Shown in pieces: positions 1 through 13,054 of a stretch of DNA of 64,000 bases; the stretch's first letter is position 1, and each line of letters opens with the position of its first letter. Source of the stretch: Chiloscyllium plagiosum (lineage: Eukaryota); NCBI RefSeq assembly GCF_004010195.1, contig NC_057720.1, positions 4,186,651 to 4,250,650 on the forward strand. Direction: 5' to 3'. The translations under genes and the position numbers were made by a program. The notes beneath the pieces are model-generated. The model was not told where the DNA came from. It searched no databases and worked only from the letters and a program-made list of their open reading frames with translations.

Positions 1-815
1 CTATACCTTACATATGCTTCCTTCTTTTTCTTAACCAAACCCTCAATTTCTTTAGTCATCCAGCATTCCCTATACCTACCAGCCTTCCCTTTCACCCTGA
101 CAGGAATATACTTTCTCTGGATTCTTGTTATCTCATTTCTGAAGGCTTCCCATTTTCCAGCCATCCCTTTACCTGCGAACATCTGCCTCCAATCAGCTTT
201 CGAAAGTTCTTGCCGAATACCGTCAACATTGGCCTTTCTCCAATTTAGAACTTCCACTTTTAGATCTGGTCTATCCTTTTCCATCACTATTTTAAAACAA
301 ATAGAATTATGGTCGCTGGCCCCAAAGTGCTCTCCCACTGACACCTCAGTCACCTGCCCTGCCTTAATTCCCAGGAGTTGGTCATGTTTTGCACCTTCTC
401 TAGTAGGTACATCCACATACTGAATCAGAAAATTGTCTTGTACACACTTAACAAATTCCTCTCCATCTGAAACTTTTGCACTATCGCAGTTCCAGTCAAT
501 GTTTGGAAAGTTAAGATCCCCTACCATAACCACACTATTATTCTTACAGATAGCTGAGATTTCCTTACAAGTTTGTTTCTCAATTTCCCTCTGACTATTG
601 GGGGGAATAAATTTGCAGATGACCCTCAGCACAGCTGTAATGCTATCCCTTATCAAAAATGCCACTCCCCCATCTCTCTTGCCTCCCTTTCTATCCTTCC
701 TGTGGCATTTGTAACCTGGAACATTAAGCTGCAAGGCCTGCCCATCCCTGAGCCATGTTTCTGTAATTGCTATGATATCCCAGTCCCATGTTCCTAACCA
801 TGCCCTGAGTTCATG
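1..815 (-). mobile_element. CR1-clade LINE fragment (ORF2 endonuclease region), degenerate
   Basis: The reverse complement resembles the CR1 ORF2 5' region seen at 19250-20050. Confidence 0.75.
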
Positions 816-894
816 TGATTGACATAACGCTTAAAAATTCTTTTCAAGCAACTGTCAAAGCAATTGCATATTTACCAAGCTTTTATATCCTAAT

Positions 895-2725
895 TCAGTC
901 ATGTGATCTGAATCTTGATGGTTGGGCCCACATTTAATGCCCATCCTAACTGCCTTTGAGAAGGTGGGGGTGAGCTGCCTTCTTGAACCGCAGGAGACCA
1001 TGTGCTGTAAGTTGACCCACAATGCCCTTGGGGAAAGAATTCCAGGATTTTGACCCAGCGACAGTGGTGATACATTTCCAAGTCAGGATGGTGAATGTCT
1101 TGGAGGGAAACTTGCAGGGGGTGGTGTTACCATGTGTTTGCTGCCCTTGTCCTTCTAGCTTGAAGTGGTTGTGAGTTTGGAAAGTGCTGTCTGAGGATCT
1201 TTGTTGAATCTCTGCAGTGCATCTTGTAGATGGTACACACTGCTACTCCTGAGCGTCGGAGGTGGAGGGAGGGTATGTGTTTGGTTATGATTCCAGTTAA
1301 ACAGGACACTTTTACCTGGAAGCTGTCAGGTTTCTAGAGTGGTGTTGGTGTTGCCTTCATCCCGAATGCTTGGAGTATTCCATCACACTCCTGTAGCTGA
1401 GATAACTGAACTCCAACAACCACGATCATCTTCCTATGTGCTAGGAATGACTCCAACCAGTGGAGAGTTTGTCCCTTAATTCCCATTGAATTCAATTTTG
1501 CTAGGGCTCCTTGATGTCTACCTCGGTCAAACACTATCTTGATGTCAAGGGCTGTCCCTCTCTCCTCCCCTCTGGAATTCAGCTCTTTTGCCCATGTTTG
1601 AAACAAGGCTGTAATGAGGTCAGGAGCTGAGTGGCCCTGGGGGAACCCAAACTGGGCGTCACTGAGCAGGTTCTTGTTGAGTAGGTGCTGCTTGATAGCC
1701 CTGTTACTGACACCGTCCATCGCTTTACTGATGATCGAGAATTGGCTGATGAGGCAGTATGGGCGGCACGGTGGCACAGTGGTTAGCACTGCTGCCTCAC
1801 AGCGCCAGAGACCCGGGTTCAATTCCCGACTCAGGCGACTGACTGTGTGGAGTTTGCACGTTCTCCCCGTGTCTGCGTGGGTTTCCTCCGGGTGCTCCGG
1901 TTTCCTCCCACAGTCCAAAGATGTGCAGGTTAGGTGAATTGGCCATGCTAAATTGCCCTTCGTGTTAGGTAATAAGGGGTAAATGTAGGGGTATGTGTGG
2001 GTTGCGCTTCGGCGGGTCGGTGTGGACTTGTTGGGCCGAAGGGCCTGTTTCCACACTGTAAGTAATCTAATCTAATCTAATCTAATTGGCCTGATCAGAT
2101 TTGCTCTGCTCTTTATATACAGGACACACCTGGATAACTTTCCACATTGTCGGGTAGATACCTGTTTTGTTAGTGTACTGGAATAGCTTCGCTAGGAGAA
2201 TGGCAAGTTTTAGAACAAGATTGTTCCAGAACTTGCCGTTCCTCAGCGAAGCTATTCCAGTACAGTTACAACACAGGTATCTACCCGACAATGTGGAAAG
2301 TTATCCAGGTGTGTCCTGTATATACTATTGCCAGAATGTTGTTAGGACCCATACCTTTTGCAGTATCGAGTGTCTCCAACTGTTTCTTGGTATAATGTGG
2401 AATGAATTGATTTAGCTGGAGACTGATATTTATGATGCTGAGGATGGCTGGAGGAAGCTGTGATGGATCATCCACTTGACACTTCTGACTGAGGATTTCC
2501 ACTTCAGCCTTATCTTTTCCACTGATGTGCTGGGCTCTTCCATCATTGAGGATACGGTTACTTGTGGAGCCTCCTCCTCCAGTGAGTTGTTTAATCATCT
2601 ACTACCTTTCATGACTGGATGTGGCAGCACTGCAGAGCTTAGGTCTGATCCACTGATTGAGGAATCCCTTAGCTCTGTCTATCACTTGTTGTTTCTGCTG
2701 TTTTGCACGAAGGTAGTCCTGTTTG
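895..2725 (-). mobile_element. L2/CR1-group LINE remnant (RT and 3' tail), interrupted by an HE1 SINE
   Basis: Minus-strand peptides YPTMWKVIQVCPVYK and LLSDAQFGF...ALDIKIVFDR (RT motifs); the 3' tail ends in tgaa-like repeats. Confidence 0.8.
1761..2086 (+). mobile_element. HE1-type tRNA-derived SINE, near intact
   Basis: A box (tggcacagtgg) and B box (gggttcaattccc); core tgtgtggagtttgcacgttctccccgtg; CR1/HER1-like tail and (TAATC)n end; CpGs retained. Confidence 0.9.
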
Positions 2726-2953
2726 GTGGCTTGGTTCTTATTATTAGGGTCAAAACGCAACTTAATCTCACTTGGTATGTGTCCTATACTAATCGACGAC
2801 ATTTGGGTTTCTCTTCCATGAGTGCTATCCATTTTATATTTATCCAGCCCACCCAGTTCCTTCTGAATCTGCAGAGGACAAAAGCAGTGAAGGAATTAAT
2901 AGTTACTGGAATAATGGATTTCCTGTTGGGACACTGGCCAGGTCCATTATTTA

Positions 2954-3243
2954 GGGTGGCATGGTGGCTCAGTGGTTAGCACTAGTGCCTCATAAGCACC
3001 AGGGACCTGGGTTTGATTCCATTCTGTGTGGAGTTTGTACAATCTCCCTGTGTCTGTGTGAGTTTTCTCCAGTTTCCTCTCACAGTCCAAAGTTGGCAGG
3101 TTAGCTGGTTTAGCCATTGGAAATGCAGGGTTACTGGGATAGGATGTGGTGTGTGTCTGGGTGGGATGCTCTTCAGAGGGGCAGTGAATAGTTGGGAGGG
3201 GGCCAAATGGCCTGCCTCCACACTGTGTAGAGACTCTATGATT
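2954..3243 (+). mobile_element. HE1-type SINE, diverged
   Basis: Colinear similarity to 1761-2086. Confidence 0.8.
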
Positions 3244-5564
3244 TTAGATATTTGCCGATTGTCAGGCCATCACTGTGAGTTCTCCCAGCTCCCAATTTGT
3301 CTCCTGGTGTGGTCTGCATGCCTAGTGTATCCTTTCACATCTCCCCTCACCAACCCCCACTACCACCAGCCCAATCCCCCACCGCCCCACCCACAACAAA
3401 CACAATCTGGAAGGTTAACACTGGCAAAGCAGAACATTGAAGTCACGTCCCTGTCTTTGTAATGGGGACCACTAAATATTGTTTTAATGTGTCTTTCTGT
3501 TCAGCTTGTGTGTAGTTTCTGATGCGAGAACTTGGACCCAGGACTTGTTCACTAACAAAGCAAACAGTGCAAAGGGCATTCCAATCAAACACATGCAACA
3601 AATTCAGTAATCCTGCATTTCTATGAGAGAGTGTGTGTGGAGGAGTGCTGTCATCTTTTAGTTCGATCTCTTAGTCAAGCAGAAATAAAAGCTGTGCCCC
3701 CATTACATTTATACAACCTCTTTCAGATAATAGAGGCATTTCTAGAGAATTGAAAAGCAGGGAAATGGTGCTACCTGTATAAATTAAAGGCCGTTGAAAG
3801 AAATAAAAAGCTGTCATTGATAAATCCAATTGTGATTTCACAGCAAACGTTTTTTACTGTGAGAGTAAGGGAAACGTGGAACAGAGACAGAAATTGTTGG
3901 AAGAATGCAGCGGGTTTGGCAGCACGTGTGAAGAGAAAGCAGAATTAATATTTCATTAACTCCATTTCTCTCCACTGATGCTGCCAGGCTTGCTGAGTTT
4001 CTAATTTTGTTTCTGACTTCCAGAGTCTGCAGTTTTTTGGTTTTCTTGTTTAGGGGAAATGTGGGACTCACTCTCCCATGGGATAGTTGTGATGAAGAAT
4101 GTCAATGCATTTAAAGATTAGCTGGATAAAGGCAAAAGGGAGAAAGCGAAGGATAAGTACATGAATAGGAAAGGTTTGGCGGGATATGGGCCAGGAGCAG
4201 GCAGGTAGGTCTAGTTTTGTTTAGGATTATGGTCAGCATGGACTGGTTGGACCGAAGGGTCTGTTTCCATGCTGTATTACTCAATGGTTGTATATATGAA
4301 GAAGGTCCCTTGAAGGAAGCCCGTGATGTGTGTAAACAACAGTATAGACCAATTGGATTGAGTGATCTGTTTCTGTGCTGTAGACTCAATGTAATTGGGG
4401 ATTTTTAGGAACACTGTGTGCCTTATGTATGTCTAGATGACTTAAGGACAATACACAGTGAGCAAATTCTTCTAACAGTGACTAGATTATACGGGGGTAA
4501 GACTCAATTTACTGTTATTTTTGGCCTTTGACTTTGTGGCTTTGAGCCAGGAGGAATGTTTTTAAATAAGTCTTCATTCCCTGCAGATGGATTTGCATCA
4601 TAAATCCCTGCTGGAAAGCATAAAGTCAGCTCTTAAATAAAATAGTTAACCTATTTGACACCACTTATCATTTATTTGGCTGACTATATTATATGAGACC
4701 GGTTTCATGCATATTACATTTCAGTTCACAAAGCACACAGGGACAGATGTAAGAATTCTAGATATTCCAAGCGAACAATATCGCAAGTGTTTATTGCAGT
4801 CCAGAACAAAAATGATTCCTGTCAAACCGCTATGGCTATTCCTGCTGCTGTGTGTTAATGATAACATTTGATGATTCTGTATGGGACTCTGTGTTCCCCG
4901 TCAGATGTGAAGGGAACAATCAAAGTGCCAGGACAACATTAGAAGTTCTTTGTAGCAAATTGACAAACGCCCTTACTGTATCCAAACCGAGAGAATAAAT
5001 GTCACCGTGAAGAAAACTTAATGCAGCGATTATCTTTTAATGGAAATGAGAGTTGGCCTTTGGTTCTCTTCAGCAGGAAAAGTTTAAGGACTGTGTTGTA
5101 AAGATTTTAAATGCAGTGAGTGGTTTCCCAGTTTCCTCTCTCTGGTTCTGCTTCAGTTAAAAAAAAACTAGACTAAGTGTAAAATACAGTTTCTGCTGCT
5201 TTGTTTGTTTGAGCTTCAGATATCATATCAATCACCCTGAGGGGGTCACTTCAGAAACTCAGCACTATCCAGGATAAAGCAGCCCGATTGATTGGCACCC
5301 CCTCCACATCCTTCAATATTCACTCCTTTTACCACTGACACTCAATAGCAGCATCTACAAGATGCACTGCAGCAACACACCCACACTCATTCGCTACCAT
5401 CTTTCAAACCCAGCACACACAATGGAACACCACCCCTTAGGAAGTTCCCCTCCAAACCACTCACTATCCTGACTTGGAAATATAGCCTTCACTTGTCCCT
5501 GGATCTGAAAACCCTGAAGAATGTCATTGTGGGTCGACCCACAACATATGGCAGCAGTTCAAGA

Positions 5565-8110
5565 ACAAACATAGAACATAGAACAGGCCCTTCAGCCCAC
5601 AATGTTGTGCCGACCATTGATCCTCATGTATGCACCCTCAAATTTCCGTGACCATATGCATGTTGAAGAGTCTCTTAAATGTCCCCAATGACCTTGCTTC
5701 CACAATTGCTGCTGGCAACGCATTCCATGCTCTCACAACTCTCTGTAAAGAACCCGCCTCTGACATCCCCCTCTATACTTTCCTCCAACCAGCTTAAAAC
5801 TATGACCCCTCATGTTAGTCATTTCTGCCCTGGGAAATAGTCTCTGGCTATCAACTCTATCTATGCCTCTCATTATCTTGTATACCTAAATTAGGTCCCC
5901 TCTCCTCCTCCTTTTCTCCAATGAAAAAAGTCCAAGCTGAGTCAACCTCTCTTCATAAGATAAGCCCTCCAGTCCAAGCAGCATCCTGGTAAACCTCCTC
6001 TGAACCCTCTCCAAAGCATCCACATCTTTCCTATAATAGGGCGACCAGAACTGGACACAGTATTCCAAGTGCAGTCTAACCAAAGTTTTATAGAGCTGCA
6101 ACAAGATCTCATGACTCTTAAACTCAATACCCCTATTCATGAAAGCCAAAACACCATATGCTTTCTTAACAACCCTGTCCACTTGGGTGGCAATTTTAAG
6201 GGATCTGTGTACCTGCACCCCAAGATCCCTCTGTTCCTCCACACTGCCAAGAATCCTATCCTTAATCATGTACTCAGCTTTCAAATTCGACCTTCCAAAA
6301 TGCATCACCTCGCATTTATCCAGGTTGAACTCCATCTGCCACCTCTCAGTCCATCTCTGCATCCTGTCAATGTCCTGCTGCAGCCTACAACAGCTCTCTA
6401 TACTGTCAACGACACCTCCAACCTTTGTGTCATCTGCAAACCTGCTGACCCATTCTTCAATCCCCTCATCCAAGTCATTAAGTAAAATTACAAACAATTG
6501 AGGCCCAAGGACAGAGCCCTGTGGAACGTCGATTCTCCTGCTCCTTGGATGCTGCCTGACCTGCTGCGCTTTCCCAGCAACACATTTTCAGCACAACACA
6601 TCAGTACCAGGTACTGATCCATGCTCTAAGTTAATCACTTTTATTCCAGATACTCCTTGCGTTAAAGCAAACACACTTTAATTGATCCCTTGGTTCCTTC
6701 CCAGGAAAATCCTTCCCACTAGCTGGTCTACCTCTTGCTATTGCCTCATCTGCATCAACTCTCACCTCCGGTATACAGCTCAGGTTCCCACCCCCCTGCC
6801 ATACTAGTTTAAACCCNNNNNNNNNNNNNNNNNNNNNNNNNNNNNNNNNNNNNNNNNNNNNNNNNNNNNNNNNNNNNNNNNNNNNNNNNNNNNNNNNNNN
6901 NNNNNNNNNNNNNNNNNNNNNNNNNNNNNNNNNNNNNNNNNNNNNNNNNNNNNNNNNNNNNNNNNNNNNNNNNNNNNNNNNNNNNNNNNNNNNNNNNNNN
7001 NNNNNNNNNNNNNNNNNNNNNNNNNNNNNNNNNNNNNNNNNNNNNNNNNNNNNNNNNNNNNNNNNNNNNNNNNNNNNNNNNNNNNNNNNNNNNNNNNNNN
7101 NNNNNNNNNNNNNNNNNNNNNNNNNNNNNNNNNNNNNNNNNNNNNNNNNNNNNNNNNNNNNNNNNNNNNNNNNNNNNNNNNNNNNNNNNNNNNNNNNNNN
7201 NNNNNNNNNNNNNNNNNNNNNNNNNNNNNNNNNNNNNNNNNNNNNNNNNNNNNNNNNNNNNNNNNNNNNNNNNNNNNNNNNNNNNNNNNNNNNNNNNNNN
7301 NNNNNNNNNNNNNNNNNNNNNNNNNNNNNNNNNNNNNNNNNNNNNNNNNNNNNNNNNNNNNNNNNNNNNNNNNNNNNNNNNNNNNNNNNNNNNNNNNNNN
7401 NNNNNNNNNNNNNNNNNNNNNNNNNNNNNNNNNNNNNNNNNNNNNNNNNNNNNNNNNNNNNNNNNNNNNNNNNNNNNNNNNNNNNNNNNNNNNNNNNNNN
7501 NNNNNNNNNNNNNNNNNNNNNNNNNNNNNNNNNNNNNNNNNNNNNNNNNNNNNNNNNNNNNNNNNNNNNNNNNNNNNNNNNNNNNNNNNNNNNNNNNNNN
7601 NNNNNNNNNNNNTACCTTTTTCCTTTTGACGAGAAGCTCCACCTCTCTCGTCATCCAAGGTTCCTTTATCTTACCCCTTCTTGCCTGTCTCAGAGGGACA
7701 TATTTATTCATCACTTGCAACAACTGTTCCTTAAACAGTCTCCGCATGTCTATAGTGCCTTTACCATTCCCAATCCATGCTTCCTAACTCATGTCTAATC
7801 GCATCATAGTTTCGTCTTCCCCAATTAAATATCCTCCCATTTTACCTAATCCTCTCCTTCTCCATAGCTATGTAGAATGTGAGGCAGTTGTGGTCACTAT
7901 CACCAAAATGCACTCCCACCACAAGATCTGATACCTGCCTCGGCTCGTTTCCGAGCACCAAGTCTAGAATGGCCTCTCCCCTCGTCGGCCTGTCAATGTA
8001 CTGAGTTAGGAAACCCTCCTGAACACACCTTACAAAAACAGCTCCATTCAAATCTTATGCTCGAAGGAGGTTCCAATCAATATTGGGAAAGTTAAAGTCC
8101 CCCATTACAA
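5565..8110 (-). mobile_element. CR1 LINE ORF2 pieces spanning an assembly gap
   Basis: ORF 5886-6497 has FADDTK...WQMEFN...HLEYCVQFWSP; ORF 7842-8051 has PTRGEAILDLVL...GDSDHN. Confidence 0.9.
6817..7611. other. Assembly gap (795 N)
   Basis: Run of N. Confidence 1.
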
Positions 8111-8262
8111 CAACCCAGAGGTTGCTCACCCCCACTTCTCAAGGGGCAAATTGGGACGGGCAGTAAATGCTGGCCCAGACAATGTCAGTCACATCCTGTG
8201 AATGATTAAGAAGTTAGTGGATGTAAAAAATTTTGAATTTTCAGAAAACCTTTGATTAAACC

Positions 8263-8955
8263 CGAAGCTGAACAAAGAGACCTTGGAGTGCAGGTTCATA
8301 GCTTCTTGAAAGTGGAGTCGCAGGTAGATAGGATAGTGAAGAAGGCATTTGGTATGCTTTCCTTTATTAGAGTATTGAGTCCAGGAGTTGGGAGGTCATG
8401 TTGCAGCTGTACAGGACATTGGTTAGGCCACTGTTGGAAGATTGCATGCAATTCTGGTCTCCTTTCTGTCGGAAAGATGTAATGAAACTTGAAAGAGTTC
8501 AGAAAAGACTTACAAGGATGTTGCCAGGGTTGGAGGATTTGAGCTATAGAGGGAGGTTGAATAGGCTGTGGCTTGTTTTCCCTGGAGGGGTGACCTTATA
8601 GAGGTTTATAAAGTAATGAGGGGCATGGAAAGTCTTTTCCCTGGAATGGGGGAGTCCAGAACTAGTGGGCATAGGTTTAGGATGAGAGGGGAAAGATATC
8701 AAAGACACGTAAGGGGCAACTTTTTCATGCAGAGGGTGGTATGTGTATGGAATGAGCTGCCAGAGGAAGTGGTGGAGGCCAGTACAATTGCAACTTTTAA
8801 GAGACATCTGGATGGGTATATGAAGAGGAAGTGTTGGAGGGATATTGGCCAAGTGCTGGCAGGTGGGACTAGATTGGGTTGGGATATCTGGGGTCGGCAT
8901 GGACGGGTTGGACTGAAGGGTCTGTTTATGTGCTGTCCATCTCTATGACTCTGTG
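8263..8955 (+). mobile_element. CR1/HER1 LINE 3' fragment
   Basis: ORFs QRDLGVQVH, LYRTLVRPLLE and RGDLIEVYK...FFMQRVV; ctctatgact tail. Confidence 0.9.
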
Positions 8956-8959
8956 TATA

Positions 8960-9297
8960 GGGGAGGTGATGGACTAGTGGTATTATCAGTGGACTGTTAA
9001 TCCAGGAACCCAGGTAATGTTCTGGGGACTGGGTTCAAATCTTGCCACAGCAGGTGGTGGAATTTGAATTCAATAAACATTTGGAATTAAGTGTCTAATA
9101 AATTGATTGTTGGAAAAGCCCATCTGGCTCACTAAGGCCCTTAGGGAAGGAAACTGCCATGCTTACCTGGTCTGGTGTACATATGACTCCAGACCCACAG
9201 CAACATGATTGACTCTCAACTGCCCTCTGGGCAAGTGGGGATGAGCAATAAATAATGGTCTGGGCCAGGGATGCCCACATCTTGTAAATCAGTTAAA
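8960..9297 (+). mobile_element. Second tRNA-derived SINE family, with a 3' tail shared with the L2-like LINE
   Basis: Pol III A/B-box-like head (tggactagtgg, gggttcaaatc). Related copies lie near 25035-25640, 31897-32125, 41530-41735, 58620-59075 and 59730-60005. Confidence 0.7.
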
Positions 9298-9578
9298 GAA
9301 AGTTTGTTAATGTACTCTTTAGGCTGACTTAATATCTTCCTGTATAGTTTGGGTTCTAATTTCGTCAGGTAATCTTTTCTACAAAGTGTCTTGAGATGTT
9401 TCAATGTAAAAATGGGGCTTTCCGTAAGCTTGTATGTTGTGTCACCTTCTAAGATGGGTTGGTGTCCATTCAGCTGCAGGTTGGATTATGCAGAAAACCC
9501 CTATGAATAATGCACAAAGAAAGGCTGTCCACTCTGACAGTGTCCACTATGCTGATGCTCTGCTCTTTCTACCCCCAG

Positions 9579-9731
9579 ATATGGTGGTATCAGGTGTGCC
9601 AAAAGAGAATGGCATCAAGCACGCGTCCGAGATCGCAAGTATGGCATTGGATTTAGTCGCAGTCTGCTCTTCATTCATCATCCCGCACAAACCAGACGTT
9701 AAGTTGAAAATCCGGGCAGGCATTCACTCAG
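9579..9731 (+). CDS. Guanylyl cyclase catalytic-domain exon A, (Y)MVVSGVPKENGIKHASEIASMALDLVAVCSSFIIPHKPDVKLKIRAGIHS(G)
   Basis: Polypyrimidine tract and AG (ctctttctacccccag) before 9579; GT donor at 9732. 153 bp, phase 1-1. Translation matches the class III cyclase YMVVSG...IRxGIHSG segment of NPR-type GCs. Confidence 0.93.
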
Positions 9732-9984
9732 GTAGCTCATTTCTGTTTCTCAGACACCAAGTAATTGATAAATTATTGGAAATCTCACCAGCTGGAAGCT
9801 ATCCAATGGCTCTGTCAATCATTATTCAGCACTGTAAGGTGGCTCCCTCGCCTGCTGTTGCCTTGGTGATGATATTTGTTTGATGGATACAGTCTCTCAG
9901 TCTGTCCTGTATCAGTACTTGAGACACAAGGCCAGTTTATGGACATGAACTGCTTGTGTTCAGACATCGTTTAATGAATATGTG

Positions 9985-10077
9985 CTGAAAATGTGTTGCT
10001 GGAAAAGCGCAGCAGGTCAGGCAGCATCCAAGGAACAGGAGAATCGACGTTTCGGGCATAAGCCCTTCTTCAGGAAT
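9985..10077 (-). mobile_element. Short PLE-terminal-repeat element with a hammerhead core
   Basis: Reverse complement reads attcCTGAAGAaGGGCttatGCCCGAAAcgtcgattc; flanked by gaatatgtg at 9976 and 10074. Confidence 0.8.
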
Positions 10078-10369
10078 ATGTGGGTGAGCTCAAAGTGATG
10101 CAATTGTAATATCTGGGTTCCTCCAATTCTGGAGTCTTGTTCATCACGTTCTTCCTCTGCTCTGCCAATATCTAAGGCTTGAAATTTCCTCCTTAGACAA
10201 CTTTTCTGCTGAAAACCTACCTCTTGACAAATCCACCGACTCCCACAGCTACCTACCTCTTGACAAATCCACCGACTCCCACAGCTACCTGGATTACACC
10301 TCTTCTCACCCTCAATATCTAAGGCTTGAAATTTCCTCCTTAGACAACTTTTCTGCTGAAAACCTACCT

Positions 10370-11215
10370 CTTGACAAATCCACCGACTCCCACAGCTACT
10401 TGGATTACACCTCTTCTCACCCTACCTCCTGCAAAAATGCCATCCCATATTCCCAATTCTTCCACCTCCGCCGCATCTGCTCCCAGGAGGACCAGTTCCA
10501 CCACAGAACACACCAGATGATTTCCTTCTTTAGAGACCGTAATTTCCCTTCCTACGTGGTTAAAGATGCCCTCCAATGCATCTCATCCACATCCCGCCCC
10601 CTCCGCCCTCAAACCCTACCCCTCCAACTGTAACAAGGACAGAACGCCCATGGTGCTCACCTTCCACCCTACCAACCTTCGCATAAACCACATCATCCAA
10701 CGACATTTCCGCCACCTCCAAACGGACCCCACCCCTTTCCGCCTTCTGCAAAGACCATTCCCTCCATGACTACCTGGTCAGGTCCACGCACCCCAACAAC
10801 CCACCGTCCCCTCCTGGCACCTTCCCCTGCCACCGCAGGAACTGTAAAACTTGCACCCACACCTCCTCCCTCACCTCTATCCAAGGCCCTAAAGGAGCCT
10901 TCCACATCCATCAAAGTTTCACCTGCACACCCACCGATATCATTTATTGTATCCGTTGCTCCCGATGCAGTCTCCTCTACATTGGGGAGACTGGGCGCCT
11001 CCTAGCAGNNNNNNNNNNNNNNNNNNNCACCTCCATTCACCCGTTGTACTCTATGCTACTTTCTCCCCACCCTCACCCCCCTCTCATTGATCTCTCCACT
11101 CTCCAGGCTCCCTGCCTCTATTCCTGATGAAGGGCTTTTGCCCGAAACGTCGATTTTCCTGCTCCTCGGATGCTGCCTAACCTGCTGTGCTTTTCCAGGA
11201 CCACTCTAATCTCGA
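10370..11215 (+). mobile_element. Penelope-like element (Neptune-type) 3' part: RT thumb, Cys-rich linker, GIY-YIG endonuclease, terminal repeat
   Basis: TDSHSYLDYTSSHPTSCKNAIPYSQF..LRRICS, then from 10816 GTFPCHRRNCKTC...IIYCIRCSRCSLLYIGETGR. Frameshifted, with a 19-N gap at 11009-11027. Confidence 0.9.
11120..11156 (+). ncRNA. Minimal type I hammerhead ribozyme in the PLE terminal repeat
   Basis: attc-CTGATGA-a-GGGC-tttt-GCCC-GAAA-cg-tc-gatt: full catalytic core, helix II and a palindromic helix III remnant. Confidence 0.8.
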
Positions 11216-11292
11216 AACTTTTAGATCCTCCCCATCCTAATAATTCTGCTCTGGGTCAGCTTCTGATGGAACACACTCCTGTGAAATTTGTT

Positions 11293-11545
11293 AGAATCAT
11301 AGAATCATGGAATCTCTACAGTATGGAAACAGGTCCTTCGGCCCAACAAGTCCACACTGACCTTCCAAAAAGTAACACACCCAGACCCATTTTCCTACCC
11401 TATTATCCTCTATTTACCCCTGACTAATGCATCTAACCTACATACCCCTGAACACTATGGGCAATTTAGCATGGCCAATTCACCTAACCTCACATCTTTG
11501 GACTGTGGGAAGAAACCGGAGCACCCGGAGGAAACCTGTGCAGAT
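11293..11545 (-). mobile_element. HE1-type SINE, 5'-truncated
   Basis: Reverse complement matches the core and tail of 1761-2086. Confidence 0.85.
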
Positions 11546-11703
11546 GTTGGGGCACTTTACAACATTAAAAACACAACTTGCTCATGTTCACTGATATTTC
11601 CCAGCAGTGTACCTAGTGAGTTTTCAAGAGTGAGAACTTGTGATAATTTTGTTCCTTTCCCTTATCTCATTTGGTTGAAAGAAGTCATAAGCATCTAGCC
11701 TGA

Positions 11704-11931
<228 letters not shown>

Positions 11932-12819
11932 TAATGATGATAGACTCTGTGACTATGATAAACTATCCTTTCCCATTCCACTCAACCTGTCTACTGTCTT
12001 TCATGTATCCTCCTCTGTCAATACCTCACTTCCGTTGCCCAGTGAGCAGGGACTCACCTCTTAAACCTATTTCCCCAGCCCCCTGGTCAGAATCTGAGGC
12101 TGACCCAAATCGCTCACATATTTCACCCTGAGTTGAGCTTGCAAATGCACATTTACACAAGAAGGGACAAGTGTAGGCCACTCGGCCCTTCTAGCCTGCT
12201 CCACCATTCAATAAGATCATGACTGATCTCAACTCTCCATTCCCGCACAGCCCAGATAATCATTCATTCCCTTGAGTCATCAAGACACTATCTACCCTTG
12301 CCTTAAAAAGAGAACACAGACCATCGGAGCATGTGTAAGCCATTCAGCCCTTCAAGCACTCTCTCCCATTCAATATGATCATGACTGACCATCTAACTCC
12401 ACTTTTTCCCCCATAACCTTTGATTACGTTAACCTTAAGAGTTATATTTAACTCATCTGTTCTGGAGAAGGGTCAGTGAACCCAAAACATTAGTTCTGCT
12501 TTCTCTCCATAGATACCATCAGACCTGCTGAGTTTTTCTAGCAATTTCTGATTTTGTTTCTGATTTCCAGCACCTGCAGTTCTTGTTTTATTTAAATCTA
12601 ACTCCTTCCTGAAACCCTTCAATGTTAAACAAATATTTATAGTCCCTCTACCTACTGCCTTTTGAGGAAAGGACTCACAATCTTCTGCGGAAAAAAGAGT
12701 CCTTATCTCTCTCTTAAAAGAGCGGCCCCTTATTTTTAAGCTGTGACCCTTAGTTTGAGATGCTCCCACAAGAGTCAACATCCTTTCGACATCCACCAGG
12801 TCAAATACCCTCAGGATCT

Positions 12820-13054
12820 GAACAAAAAACAGAAATAGCTGGGGAAACTCAGCAGGTCTGGCAGCATCAGTGGAGAGAGAAACAGTTGACGTTTTGAGTC
12901 TGTTATTTGAGTCTGTTCTGAAGAAAAGTCATACCAGCTTCAAAACGTTAACCACGTTTCTCTCTCCACAGATGCTGCCAGACCTGCTGAGTTTCTCCAG
13001 CGTTCCCCGTGTTTGTTTCGGATTTCCAGCATCTGCATTCTTTCGCTTTTGTTT
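12820..13054. mobile_element. Fold-back PLE-derived element (older subfamily)
   Basis: Inverted arms ctcagcaggtctggcagcatc / gatgctgccagacctgctgag; direct flanks ccctcaggatct (12808) and ccctcaggaact (13055). Confidence 0.75.

Noticed and set aside
1761..1830. tRNA gene
   Set aside because: It is the tRNA-derived head of an HE1 SINE, continuous with the SINE core and tail.
6804..7747. Long ORFs of 284 and 312 aa
   Set aside because: Artefacts of translating the N gap.
9434..9883. 149-aa ORF as a standalone gene, and VHYADA as a degenerate VETIGDA
   Set aside because: Only 9579-9731 is cyclase-like, and it has clear splice sites; the flanks are intronic read-through.
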